From: Eubacteriales bacterium
Lineage (GTDB): Bacteria; Bacillota; Clostridia; Saccharofermentanales; UBA5734
DNA: 18,775 nucleotides
Assembly (NCBI GenBank): GCA_028685755.1
Contig: JAQUDJ010000009.1
Span: forward strand, 49,774 to 68,548
Reading direction: 5' to 3'
Notes under the pieces: generated by a model
Seen by the model: only the letters and a program-made list of their open reading frames with translations
Database searches by the model: none
Told to the model about the DNA's origin: nothing
Shown: positions 1-7,583 of the stretch, in pieces
Layout: each line of letters opens with the position of its first letter
Numbering within the stretch: position 1 is the stretch's first letter
Program-made: the position numbers and the translations under genes

Positions 1-515
1 ACGATAATCCCGATGACATCATCGATAACTGCAGCCCCTAAGATCGCTGTACCGGTTGCGGATTTGAGTTTGCCCATTTCACGTAAGGTTTCAACGGTGA
101 TACTGACTGAAGTGGCCGTCAAAATGACGCCTATAAAAATATGCTGTAACAGTTCAATTTTGCTCATCTGACCGATTGCCGAATCCGCAAACAAAATGGA
201 GACTCCAAAGCCACCCACTAAAGGGACGACAACGCCGAGCAAGGCAATGACCAAGGATGCTTTGCCACTCTTTTTCATTTCGTCCGTGTCAGTTTCTAGG
301 CCGGCGGTGAACATTAGAGCAACAACACCGAGCTCGGCCATCTGGTGGATAAAATCCGATTCATGGACGATGTTGAGTAGGGATGGTCCCATGATTAGGC
401 CGGCGACTAACGCACCAACGACTTGGGGCATTTCATAACGTCGCGTAATGAGGCCGAGAACTTTTGTGCTAATGAGAATAATGGCGAGGTCAAGAAAGAA
501 ACGAATATCAAGCAT
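1..515 (-). CDS. Cation:proton antiporter, CPA2 (Kef/NapA-type, Na_H_Exchanger family). N-terminal 171 codons only; the gene runs off the left edge of the window.
   Basis: Missing from the ORF track because no stop codon lies in the window. The reverse complement from ATG (comp. 513-515) reads MLDIRFFLDLAIILISTKVLGLITRRYEMPQVVGALVAGLIMGPSLLNIVHESDFIHQMAELGVVALMFTAGLETDTDEMKKSGK..., a typical Kef/NapA N-terminus. AGGAG Shine-Dalgarno at comp. 524-528, 8 nt upstream of the ATG. The listed + strand ORF 196..438 is antisense to it. Confidence 0.85.
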   Translation of the reverse strand, partial: MLDIRFFLDLAIILISTKVLGLITRRYEMPQVVGALVAGLIMGPSLLNIVHESDFIHQMAELGVVALMFTAGLETDTDEMKKSGKASLVIALLGVVVPLVGGFGVSILFADSAIGQMSKIELLQHIFIGVILTATSVSITVETLREMGKLKSATGTAILGAAVIDDVIGII

Positions 516-558
516 GGGCGCATCTCCTGACAAATAGCGTATGAAAAATCAAACCTTG

Positions 559-2130
559 TTAATTATAGTCCGATTTTTCAAGATTGCCAGTGCTTTTATC
601 ACTATTAAAAAACTGCACATCATTTTTGCCATGCCATTTGACTTGGTACAGAGCATGGTCTGCCTTTCGAATCAAATCATCGAGTGACTCCGCATCGTCA
701 GGATAAATCGCCGCCCCCATGCTGATATGAATATCGATCGAATTGCCCTCTGCTGTAATCGGATGTTGATATTGTTCGACTAACCGCAGAAATGTTTCAC
801 GAGCTGCCGCGCGATTTTGGACATTATTAAGTAAAATGACAAATTCATCGCCACCAAAACGGGCAACCGTGTCAGATAGACGTAAATAGCGCCCAGCTCG
901 TTCGGCCACCGCAATAAGGGCTTTATCGCCGATCAAGTGACCGAATCGATCATTCACTTGCTTAAAATCATCCAAATCTAAAATCGCAATCGCAAATTTC
1001 GTGTTAGCGCGGACCGCCTGGGCTCGGGCGATCGAAAAGCGATCATCAAACAAGTTCCGATTTGGTAAATGAGTTAACGGATCATGAGTCGCGAGCTTCT
1101 CTAATTTACCCCGTAATTCAACAACATCAGAAATATCCTTCAAGTTTGAAACGATATGCCATTCGCCGCCGATATTGACTAAGGTAGCTGACATTAAAAC
1201 CGGAAACAACTCGCCATTTCGGTGACGCAGCATCAGTTCAATATTGTCGATGGGCTTATCAATTTCAAGCTGGCTGAAGACTTTTTCACGCAGACCTGGA
1301 TCCGCCCATAGCCCAAGATCTAAAGCTCGGCGACCAACTAACTGTTCACGACGATAGCCACTCATGTGCGTAAAGCTTTCATTTACAGCGAGGATCCGAT
1401 TGTCGCGAGTCCGCGTGAGGACGATTGAGTATGGCGCATAGTTGAACAAAGCGTTGAATTTCTGTTCTTCGGCTGCGATTTCGCTGACAAGTCTTTGAGA
1501 AATGAGCACGGTTTCATTAAACGTAAAAGTAACAAGTAACATCGCATTGATCAACATAATGACAGCTTCAGTTGGGCCATTTTCGAAATAGGTCAGAGGT
1601 TTGGGCGAACACATTATATTGACGGCAATACGGACAAGATGCAACGACCCCATCGCAATCAACGTGATCATGATTGGAAAACCGCTCTTACGCGGTCGGA
1701 GCGACCGCTGAAAAATCAATAACCAGACAATTTGAAAGAGAATAAAGGCAGCGGCGACACTGAGTAATAGTTGTCGCATATACAGGGCTGGCTGATAGAT
1801 CGCATAATACATTGTCAACAGAAACAGACCAGCCAATAGAATCAGACTGTAATAACTCCGTGGCGGCTGCTCAAAGAATAATTCGAAGCCACGTAGCAGC
1901 AGAAACAAGGCCCCATAAATGAGTAAATTGGTTAGAACGATTGCCCAAATTTCTGGAAACACAGAGCGAACACTGACAAAAATCACCCCGCAAGCGGTTA
2001 AACCTGCATGAGCCGCCCAGAGCAGTATGCCCTGATATCGGATTCGATTGCGAAACCAAAGCGAGATCAGAGTCCCCATCGACACAATATAGAAGATGAC
2101 ATTGACAATGAATATGGTTTTTAAGTCCAT
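559..2130 (-). CDS. Membrane-anchored sensor diguanylate cyclase (multi-TM N-terminal domain, PAS, GGDEF)
   Basis: 523 aa. Residues 1-215 contain about seven hydrophobic segments. A PAS-like segment follows (FNALFNYAPYSIVLTR...ESFTHMSGYRREQLVGR...). The C-terminal GGDEF domain has an intact active site (RFGGDEFVILL) and an RxxD I-site (RLSD) exactly 5 residues upstream of GGDEF. GGAAG ribosome-binding site 8 nt upstream of the ATG. Confidence 0.9.
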   Translation of the reverse strand: MDLKTIFIVNVIFYIVSMGTLISLWFRNRIRYQGILLWAAHAGLTACGVIFVSVRSVFPEIWAIVLTNLLIYGALFLLLRGFELFFEQPPRSYYSLILLAGLFLLTMYYAIYQPALYMRQLLLSVAAAFILFQIVWLLIFQRSLRPRKSGFPIMITLIAMGSLHLVRIAVNIMCSPKPLTYFENGPTEAVIMLINAMLLVTFTFNETVLISQRLVSEIAAEEQKFNALFNYAPYSIVLTRTRDNRILAVNESFTHMSGYRREQLVGRRALDLGLWADPGLREKVFSQLEIDKPIDNIELMLRHRNGELFPVLMSATLVNIGGEWHIVSNLKDISDVVELRGKLEKLATHDPLTHLPNRNLFDDRFSIARAQAVRANTKFAIAILDLDDFKQVNDRFGHLIGDKALIAVAERAGRYLRLSDTVARFGGDEFVILLNNVQNRAAARETFLRLVEQYQHPITAEGNSIDIHISMGAAIYPDDAESLDDLIRKADHALYQVKWHGKNDVQFFNSDKSTGNLEKSDYN

Positions 2131-2160
2131 GTCATGTACTTCCTATCAACAAAGCTGCGT

Positions 2161-2192
2161 AAAATGAAATAAAACAGCACCGTTACGGTACT
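2161..2192 (-). terminator. Candidate Rho-independent terminator downstream of the MFS gene, inside the leader of the GGDEF gene
   Basis: Minus strand reads AGTACCG-TAA-CGGTGCT: a 7-bp stem with one G-U pair and a 3-nt loop (comp. 2176-2192). It is followed by GTTTTATTTCATTTT (comp. 2161-2175). The short stem and loop make this moderate only. Confidence 0.45.
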
Positions 2193-2264
2193 ATTTAATC
2201 ATATCATGCTGATAAAAATTCGAATACTAATTTGATCGTATGGGTATTTGTTGCAAGGTTTTGA

Positions 2265-3500
2265 TTAGATAAGCGGTTCCTTTTGACTAATTGGGGCAAA
2301 GCCTTCTGTGAGCAATGCTTTATTGCGACTCAGAAAGAAGCCTTGAACGATCAACAGCGCACCCGTTGCAATGAGCTGAAATTCAATCGATATCCGATCG
2401 GCTAGTGGCCCAAAGAACAGGATGCCTATCGGCATAAATCCTGAAGAAATCATCCCAAGCACACCAAAAACTCGCCCCATATATACTTCTTCGACCTTTT
2501 CTTGCAATAAGGTTATCGCGGGGGTATTGAAGATGGGTAGTGTCACACCAACAATAACCATCACTGCGTTATAGACCCAAAAATTGGGGACAACCCCAAG
2601 TAGGATTTGGTTGATCCCAATTAAATAAACTGACAGAACCATGGTGACGACGCGGTTTTTGAATCCACCCCAGACCGACATCAATAAACCACCAAGCAGC
2701 ATTCCACCCGAAAAGGCGACTTCAATCGCCGTTAATCGCCAAACATCACCACCAAAAGTCCGGGCCACTTGGAGGGGGGTCAGAAATGCCGCGGGTGAAA
2801 CTAGGACGAAAAAGAGTGCGAAAAACAAGAACAAGCTACGAATGTAGCGGTGGCCTCGAATATACACAAAACCAAGGCGCATGTCTTGCCAATAACTGAC
2901 CGTCTGTTTTTCCATGGCTTTGGCATGGGGTTGGACCCGAATAGCTGTAAACACACTAAAGGCAATCATAAAGGTAAAGACGTCGATCAGAAAAATGTTG
3001 TGCAAGGATGTCAAACTCATGAGCGCACCACTGACGACCGGTGCAATTAAGTTGATTGCAGACTGAAAACTGACATTCAGTCCGTTTGCGCGCATCAGTT
3101 TGTCTTCTGGGACTATTTGCGGCACAAAAGCACTAACTGCAGGCGATTGGATCGCCGTTCCGATTGAACGCAAAGCCGAAACGGCAAAAAGCAACCAAAT
3201 CGAATGGTAGCCACTTCGAAAAACGAAGTAAAGGATCAACGTAACGGCCGCGATCCCCGTATCCGCGCCCATAATTAAAAATTTGCGATTGTATCGATCG
3301 GCCCACACACCGGCAAATGGCGACAGGAAAAACGTTGGCAGAAAGCCGAATACGATCGAAAGAGCCATCATCAAGCCGGAATTTGTTTCTAAGGTGATGT
3401 ACCACAAAACTGCATACGAAACGAGGGATGAGCCTAATAGTGATATCGTCTGGCTCGTCAAAAAGAGGCCAAACAACCATTTCCAATTCTTAGGTGCCAT
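2265..3500 (-). CDS. MFS transporter (MFS_3 / DUF894, macrolide-efflux/enterobactin-exporter-like family); substrate unknown
   Basis: About 12 hydrophobic segments. The N-terminus MAPKNWKWLFGLFLTSQTISLLGSSLVSYAVLWY matches the conserved start of this MFS subfamily, and the loop 2-3 motif is GVWADRYNRK. The ORF track begins at 3533 ([11 protein letters not shown]...), which has no Shine-Dalgarno and overlaps fhs by 32 nt. I prefer ATG at comp. 3498-3500, 1 nt after the fhs stop; 3533 remains possible. Confidence 0.8.
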   Translation of the reverse strand: MAPKNWKWLFGLFLTSQTISLLGSSLVSYAVLWYITLETNSGLMMALSIVFGFLPTFFLSPFAGVWADRYNRKFLIMGADTGIAAVTLILYFVFRSGYHSIWLLFAVSALRSIGTAIQSPAVSAFVPQIVPEDKLMRANGLNVSFQSAINLIAPVVSGALMSLTSLHNIFLIDVFTFMIAFSVFTAIRVQPHAKAMEKQTVSYWQDMRLGFVYIRGHRYIRSLFLFFALFFVLVSPAAFLTPLQVARTFGGDVWRLTAIEVAFSGGMLLGGLLMSVWGGFKNRVVTMVLSVYLIGINQILLGVVPNFWVYNAVMVIVGVTLPIFNTPAITLLQEKVEEVYMGRVFGVLGMISSGFMPIGILFFGPLADRISIEFQLIATGALLIVQGFFLSRNKALLTEGFAPISQKEPLI

Positions 3501-3501
3501 C

Positions 3502-5172
3502 TTAAAATAATCCTGAAATCTGTAAATGCTCATCGATATCGATGATTTCAGCAGCCGGCCTTTTGGGCAAGCCCGGCATGGTCATGATATCGCCGGTCAA
3601 GGCAACGATAAAGCCGGCACCTGCTGAGAGTCGTAATTCGCGCACATTGACCGTAAAGCCCGTTGGGCGACCGAGTAATGCAGCATTATCGGAAAGCGAA
3701 TACTGCGTTTTAGCCATGCAAATTGGCAGCTTATCGAGCCCTTGGGCTTCGATCATTTCCAAATCTTTACGCGCCGTCGCGGTAAGCGATACATCGTCTG
3801 CGCCATAAATATTTTGCGCAATCGTCCGAATTTTTTCAACGAGGGGCAGTGCATCCTCATATAGGTAATGAAAATGCTTCGTATCGTGTTCCAAGCTATC
3901 GAGCACCGCTTTTGCCAGATCTTCACCACCGGCGCCACCGTGGGTGAAGACCTTTGAAACAGCCATCCGGACCTGGTGATTACTGCAAGTCTTAGCGATC
4001 AGATCAATTTCAGCTTGCGTGTCCGTGGGGAAGTGATTGACCGCGACGATACATGGCAAACCATAACTTGCGATGTTTTCGAGATGCTTCTCGAGATTGG
4101 GCAATCCCTTTTCGAGAGCAGCTAAATTTTCAGTGCCGAGCTCAGCGCGCGGTACCCCCCCATTATATTTCAGGGCACGGACGGTCGCCACGATGACAAC
4201 GGCATCAGGAGTTAAATGACCGACGCGACATTTAATATCGAAGAATTTTTCAGCACCAAGGTCAGCCCCAAATCCGGCTTCAGTGACAACGATATCACCC
4301 AGTTTCAAACCAAGGCTAGTAGCGCGCAAGCTGTTACAACCGTGGGCAATATTAGCAAAAGGCCCACCGTGCATCAACGCGGGTGTACCTTCTAGCGTTT
4401 GAATGAGATTCGGTTTAAAAGCATCCTTGAGTAAAGTGGCTAATGAGCCGGAGGCTTTTAGATCAGCTGCCGTGATGGGTTTATTGTCGTGGGTATAAGC
4501 CACAACCATGCGATTGAGACGATTTTTGAGATCCGTCATATCATGTGCCAAACAGAGGACGGCCATGATTTCGGAGGCAACTGAAATATTAAATCCATCC
4601 TCACGCGGGATTCCATCCGCTTTGCCGCCGAGTCCAATCACAATTTTGCGCAACGCGCGATCGTTCATATCTAAACAGCGTTTCCAGACAATCCGTCTTT
4701 GGTCAATATTGAGCAAGTTACCTTGATGGATGTGATTGTCGAGTAACGCGGCGAGCAAATTATTTGCTGCGGTGATGGCGTGCAAATCACCCGTAAAATG
4801 GAGATTGATATCTTCCATCGGTAATACTTGTGCATAACCCCCTCCGGCTGCTCCACCTTTTACCCCAAAAACGGGACCTAGGGATGGTTCGCGCAGCGCG
4901 ATGATCGCATGTTTACCCAAGCGATTGAGGGCTTGGCCTAGACCCACGGTCGTCGTTGTCTTGCCTTCGCCTGCGGGTGTGGGATTGATGGCTGTCACAA
5001 GCACTAATCGCCCATCCGGACGATCTGCTGTCCGCAAGATCAGATCCTCAGTCAATTTAGCTTTATACCGGCCATAGAGCTCCAATTCATCAAAGGTAAT
5101 ACCAAGATCAGCCGCAACGTCACTGATTGGCCGCATGGTTGCTTGGCTGGCGATTTCGATGTCTGAAAGCAT
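3502..5172 (-). CDS. fhs: Formate-tetrahydrofolate ligase (10-formyl-THF synthetase)
   Basis: Full-length match to the FTHFS family: [16 protein letters not shown]..., P-loop [14 protein letters not shown], ...[10 protein letters not shown]. The true start is ATG at comp. 5170-5172, preceded by AAGGAGG (comp. 5181-5187). The ORF-track start at 5199 adds 9 residues that would include the Shine-Dalgarno sequence. Confidence 0.95.
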   Translation of the reverse strand: MLSDIEIASQATMRPISDVAADLGITFDELELYGRYKAKLTEDLILRTADRPDGRLVLVTAINPTPAGEGKTTTTVGLGQALNRLGKHAIIALREPSLGPVFGVKGGAAGGGYAQVLPMEDINLHFTGDLHAITAANNLLAALLDNHIHQGNLLNIDQRRIVWKRCLDMNDRALRKIVIGLGGKADGIPREDGFNISVASEIMAVLCLAHDMTDLKNRLNRMVVAYTHDNKPITAADLKASGSLATLLKDAFKPNLIQTLEGTPALMHGGPFANIAHGCNSLRATSLGLKLGDIVVTEAGFGADLGAEKFFDIKCRVGHLTPDAVVIVATVRALKYNGGVPRAELGTENLAALEKGLPNLEKHLENIASYGLPCIVAVNHFPTDTQAEIDLIAKTCSNHQVRMAVSKVFTHGGAGGEDLAKAVLDSLEHDTKHFHYLYEDALPLVEKIRTIAQNIYGADDVSLTATARKDLEMIEAQGLDKLPICMAKTQYSLSDNAALLGRPTGFTVNVRELRLSAGAGFIVALTGDIMTMPGLPKRPAAEIIDIDEHLQISGLF

Positions 5173-5203
5173 AGAGTATCCTCCTTGGATTGTGCACAAT
5201 TAG

Positions 5204-5212
5204 TTTATATCA
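5204..5212 (-). promoter_or_regulatory. Possible extended -10 promoter element for fhs (TGaTATAAA on the minus strand)
   Basis: The reverse complement of 5204-5213 is TTGATATAAA, i.e. TGnTATAAA. The -35 region (ACTGCC) is poor. The predicted transcription start falls inside the palindrome ATTGTGCACAAT (5189-5200). Motif-only call. Confidence 0.3.
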
Positions 5213-5267
5213 ATCACAATATTTTGGGCAGTCTCTGTTCTTAACCACAATAGATTGTGTGTTTTGT

Positions 5268-5296
5268 TTGACTCTAACGCATAAAAGTGATAAAAT
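5268..5296 (+). promoter_or_regulatory. Sigma-A type promoter for veg
   Basis: -35 TTGACT (5268-5273), 17-nt spacer, extended -10 TGaTAAAAT (5288-5296). Sits about 85 nt upstream of the veg ATG. veg is classically driven by a very strong sigma-A promoter in Bacillus subtilis. Confidence 0.6.
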
Positions 5297-5379
5297 CGGT
5301 ATATTGAAGTTTAGTCATTTGAAGCCCTATATCTGCTTCTGAGTTTGCTTCTTTGTATTACTGAACTGGAGGTCGACCC

Positions 5380-5646
5380 ATGATCGTCAAGACAGATCTT
5401 GATTCCTGCAGGAAAGACATGCAAGCCTTTATCGGCAAGAAAGTTACCCTCAAATCCAGCGGTGGACGCAAACGCCTGATCGTTCAGGAAGGTATCCTCG
5501 AGAGCTGCTACCCCAATGTCTTCACTGTCCGCTGTGCCAAATCCAACCTATACTCCGAGATGATCTCATATAGTTATGTTGACATTTTGACCCGTGCTGT
5601 TGAGATTGATGTCGACAATGGCACACGCATCGAAATCGCCCAATAG
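5380..5646 (+). CDS. veg: Veg protein (DUF1021, biofilm-formation stimulator Veg)
   Basis: 88 aa. It contains GKKVTLKSSGGRKRLIVQEGILESCYPNVFTV...ISYSYVDILTRAVEI, which I recall as paralleling B. subtilis Veg (GKRLTLKANGGRRK...YPSVF...VSYSYADILTETVEL). GGAGG Shine-Dalgarno upstream. The veg-ispE neighbourhood is as in Bacillus. Confidence 0.9.
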   Translation: MIVKTDLDSCRKDMQAFIGKKVTLKSSGGRKRLIVQEGILESCYPNVFTVRCAKSNLYSEMISYSYVDILTRAVEIDVDNGTRIEIAQ

Positions 5647-5713
5647 CCCAGACCGCATTGACTCAATCTCATGTACCAACACAACTACCAACACTATTCT
5701 AATCGATCAATTG

Positions 5714-5740
5714 GCCTGCACTGCAACGTGCAGGCTTTTT
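5714..5740 (+). terminator. Rho-independent terminator after veg
   Basis: Perfect 8-bp GC-rich stem GCCTGCAC / GTGCAGGC (5714-5721 and 5728-5735), 6-nt loop TGCAAC, then TTTTT (5736-5740). Confidence 0.8.
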
Positions 5741-5792
5741 CACACCTTTAAGCGCATACAGGCCTGCCTGCTTCGCTCAACTGGAGGCAACC

Positions 5793-6659
5793 TTGCAAAC
5801 AATTACACAAAATGCCGCTGCTAAAATCAATCTCTCACTCGATGTGGTTGGCAAACGACCGGACGGCTACCATTTGCTCTCGACCGTTATGCAGTCGATT
5901 TCTTTATCGGATCGAGTATACATTGAATTTGACAAACTGGGCAATGGGCTGATCCTACTCGCTGACCAGGCGCATATCCCACTAGACGAACGCAATACCG
6001 CTCACCGTGCTGCCCGTCGATTCCTAGATGCTGCCGGACTATCTGCCGGCGTTCGGATTTTTTTAGAAAAGCACATCCCAGATGCTGCAGGTTTAGCGGG
6101 AGGAAGCAGTGATGCTGCCGCAGTACTTACGGGCTTGTCAAAACTGACAGGACACCCGCTATCAGTAGCTCAGCTACATGAGATTACGACATCAATCGGT
6201 GCCGACGTGCCGTTTTGTTATCAAGGTGGCACGGTGCTGTGTGAAGGTATCGGCGAAATCATGACGCCTTTAGTCGCATTTGAGCAGACACCCATGATAT
6301 TGATCAAACCAGACTTTGGCATCTCGACACCGTGGGCCTTTAGTCAGCTAAACTTAGAAAACCTTGGCCCACGACCTGACTATGACCGCTTGTATGCAGC
6401 AATGACCACACATAATTTAGTAGCGATGGATGCCGCAACGGCGAATGTTTTGGAGACTGTAGCCTTGCCCGCATACCCTGTGCTCGACGATCTCAAAGCA
6501 CGCCTCAAAACGCTTGGCGCTGGGTTTTCCCGAATGAGTGGCAGCGGTCCGACCGTATTTGGTTTATTTGATACAGTCGCGCTACGCGACGCGGCTTATC
6601 AAGCCTTAACTGCTGAGCTACCGAAAACCTATCAAGTCATCTCCTGTGAAACCGCTTGA
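5793..6659 (+). CDS. ispE: 4-diphosphocytidyl-2-C-methyl-D-erythritol kinase
   Basis: N-terminus AKINLSLDVVGKRPDGYHLL and GHMP-kinase motif IPDAAGLAGGSSDAAAVL. TTG start at 5793 with GGAGG 5 nt upstream. Confidence 0.93.
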   Translation: MQTITQNAAAKINLSLDVVGKRPDGYHLLSTVMQSISLSDRVYIEFDKLGNGLILLADQAHIPLDERNTAHRAARRFLDAAGLSAGVRIFLEKHIPDAAGLAGGSSDAAAVLTGLSKLTGHPLSVAQLHEITTSIGADVPFCYQGGTVLCEGIGEIMTPLVAFEQTPMILIKPDFGISTPWAFSQLNLENLGPRPDYDRLYAAMTTHNLVAMDAATANVLETVALPAYPVLDDLKARLKTLGAGFSRMSGSGPTVFGLFDTVALRDAAYQALTAELPKTYQVISCETA

Positions 6660-6678
6660 CAAAAACTAACGATAATGA

Positions 6679-6708
6679 TTGACAGATTCGCAGGGTCGCG
6701 CTTATAAT
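6679..6708 (+). promoter_or_regulatory. Sigma-A promoter for rpmH (and the downstream operon)
   Basis: Consensus -35 TTGACA (6679-6684), 18-nt spacer, consensus -10 TATAAT (6703-6708), about 40 nt upstream of the rpmH ATG. Confidence 0.7.
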
Positions 6709-6749
6709 CGTAAAGCATTGCACAAAACCCGTCTTGGAGGTGAAGATAG

Positions 6750-6884
6750 ATGAAAATGACATTCCAACCTAAAAAGCGCCATCGCGCTAAAGAACATGGC
6801 TTCCGCAAACGCATGCAAACGGCATCAGGCCGTGATGTCCTCAAAAGACGTCGGCTCAAGGGAAGAAAACAGCTCTCTGCTTGA
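6750..6884 (+). CDS. rpmH: 50S ribosomal protein L34
   Basis: Absent from the ORF track (44 aa, below its cutoff). Translation: [44 protein letters not shown], the canonical L34 sequence. GGAGGTG Shine-Dalgarno at 6737-6743. Sits immediately upstream of rnpA, as is universal. Confidence 0.95.
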   Translation: MKMTFQPKKRHRAKEHGFRKRMQTASGRDVLKRRRLKGRKQLSA

Positions 6885-6915
6885 AGACCGCACATTGTGG
6901 TCTTTCTTCTTTTTA
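6885..6915 (+). terminator. Intercistronic hairpin plus T-tract between rpmH and rnpA (probable partial terminator/attenuator)
   Basis: AGACCGCA-CAT-TGTGGTCT: 8-bp stem with one G-U pair (6885-6903), followed by TTCTTCTTTTT. It starts directly after the rpmH stop codon. Confidence 0.5.
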
Positions 6916-6956
6916 TCTGATATCTTGCGGCCATTAACTTCTAGAGGATCTCTCAG

Positions 6957-7349
6957 ATGCTGATGACACAGACCTTGCGTAAAAATTTTGAGTTTGGCCG
7001 AGTATATCAACGTGGCCAACATGTGGCCAGTAAAACACTGGTACTCCACTATTTTCCTCGCAAACAAAAGATTGTGCGCCTCGGCGTCACCGCGAGCAAA
7101 CAAGTCAAAGGTAGCGTCGCACGCAACCGCGCCAAACGCCTTTTGCGCGAAGCCTATCGGCTAAACGAAGACAAGCTGCGGCCGGGATTTGATTTGATCC
7201 TAGTCGGACGAGCAGCAGATGGCCCAGTTGGCCTCAGACAAGTAGAGACTGACTTTTTGAAGCTTTGTCGCCGTGCCGGCCTCCTTAAACAAGTACAACC
7301 CCCCATACAATCGCCCAGCATAACCGCTCTACCGGAGCAACAATCGTGA
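6957..7349 (+). CDS. rnpA: Ribonuclease P protein component
   Basis: 130 aa with RNR motif [16 protein letters not shown] and the canonical position after rpmH. AGAGGA Shine-Dalgarno 8 nt upstream. It carries a C-terminal P/Q-rich tail of about 15-20 aa ([20 protein letters not shown]) not seen in the ~116-119-aa Bacillus and E. coli proteins. Confidence 0.92.
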   Translation: MLMTQTLRKNFEFGRVYQRGQHVASKTLVLHYFPRKQKIVRLGVTASKQVKGSVARNRAKRLLREAYRLNEDKLRPGFDLILVGRAADGPVGLRQVETDFLKLCRRAGLLKQVQPPIQSPSITALPEQQS

Positions 7350-7579
7350 TCAAACGGTTCATCCTCGCATCTATTCGCTATTATCAGCGAACAATATCCC
7401 CAAACCGCGGCGCTACCTGTCGCTACCTGCCGACCTGTTCGCATTATGCGATCGAAGCTGTCGAGACACACGGCGTCGTCAAGGGAACTATATTGTCGCT
7501 CTGGCGCATTCTGCGCTGTAATCCCTTTAGCAAAGGCGGCTACGATCCGGTCCCTTTGCACCGCCACAAGGAGAAATAA
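7346..7579 (+). CDS. yidD: Membrane protein insertion efficiency factor YidD
   Basis: 77 aa with the family signature [58 protein letters not shown]. The GTG start overlaps the rnpA stop (GTGA at 7346-7349). Confidence 0.9.
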   Translation: MIKRFILASIRYYQRTISPNRGATCRYLPTCSHYAIEAVETHGVVKGTILSLWRILRCNPFSKGGYDPVPLHRHKEK

Positions 7580-7583
7580 TCAG

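Noticed and set aside
196-438. 80-aa + strand ORF (METPKPPTKGTTTPSK...)
   Set aside because: It lies entirely antisense to a well-supported CPA2 antiporter coding sequence on the minus strand. It is low-complexity T/P/S-rich, has no Shine-Dalgarno and resembles no family.
2131-2264. Possible c-di-GMP (GEMM) riboswitch upstream of the GGDEF gene
   Set aside because: The leader is AT-rich, only 134 nt long and lacks the conserved GEMM helices and GNRA/tetraloop-receptor features I know. Only a simple terminator-like hairpin is present.
5173-5199. 9-codon extension of fhs (and the analogous 5-codon TTG extension of ldh at 17349-17363)
   Set aside because: In both cases the extension contains the Shine-Dalgarno sequence that serves the downstream ATG. 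The family N-termini start at MLSDIEIA and MSNLAKK respectively.
6656-6684. Second TTGACA hexamer (6656-6661) overlapping the ispE stop, 17 nt upstream of the rpmH -35
   Set aside because: No -10-like hexamer lies at the correct distance, because the position is occupied by the other TTGACA. It is probably coincidental or at most an UP-like context.
6660-6749. Expectation of oriC / DnaA-box cluster next to rpmH (also checked 5200-5379, 13562-13611 and 17349-17587)
   Set aside because: I found no TTATCCACA/TGTGGATAA consensus in these spacers. The only near match in the window (GGTGGATAA, 344-352) is single and lies inside a coding region.
7446-7583. ORF-track N-terminal extension of yidC
   Set aside because: It overlaps yidD out of frame. 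ATG 7584 has a good AAGGAGA Shine-Dalgarno and gives the normal clostridial-type YidC N-terminus.
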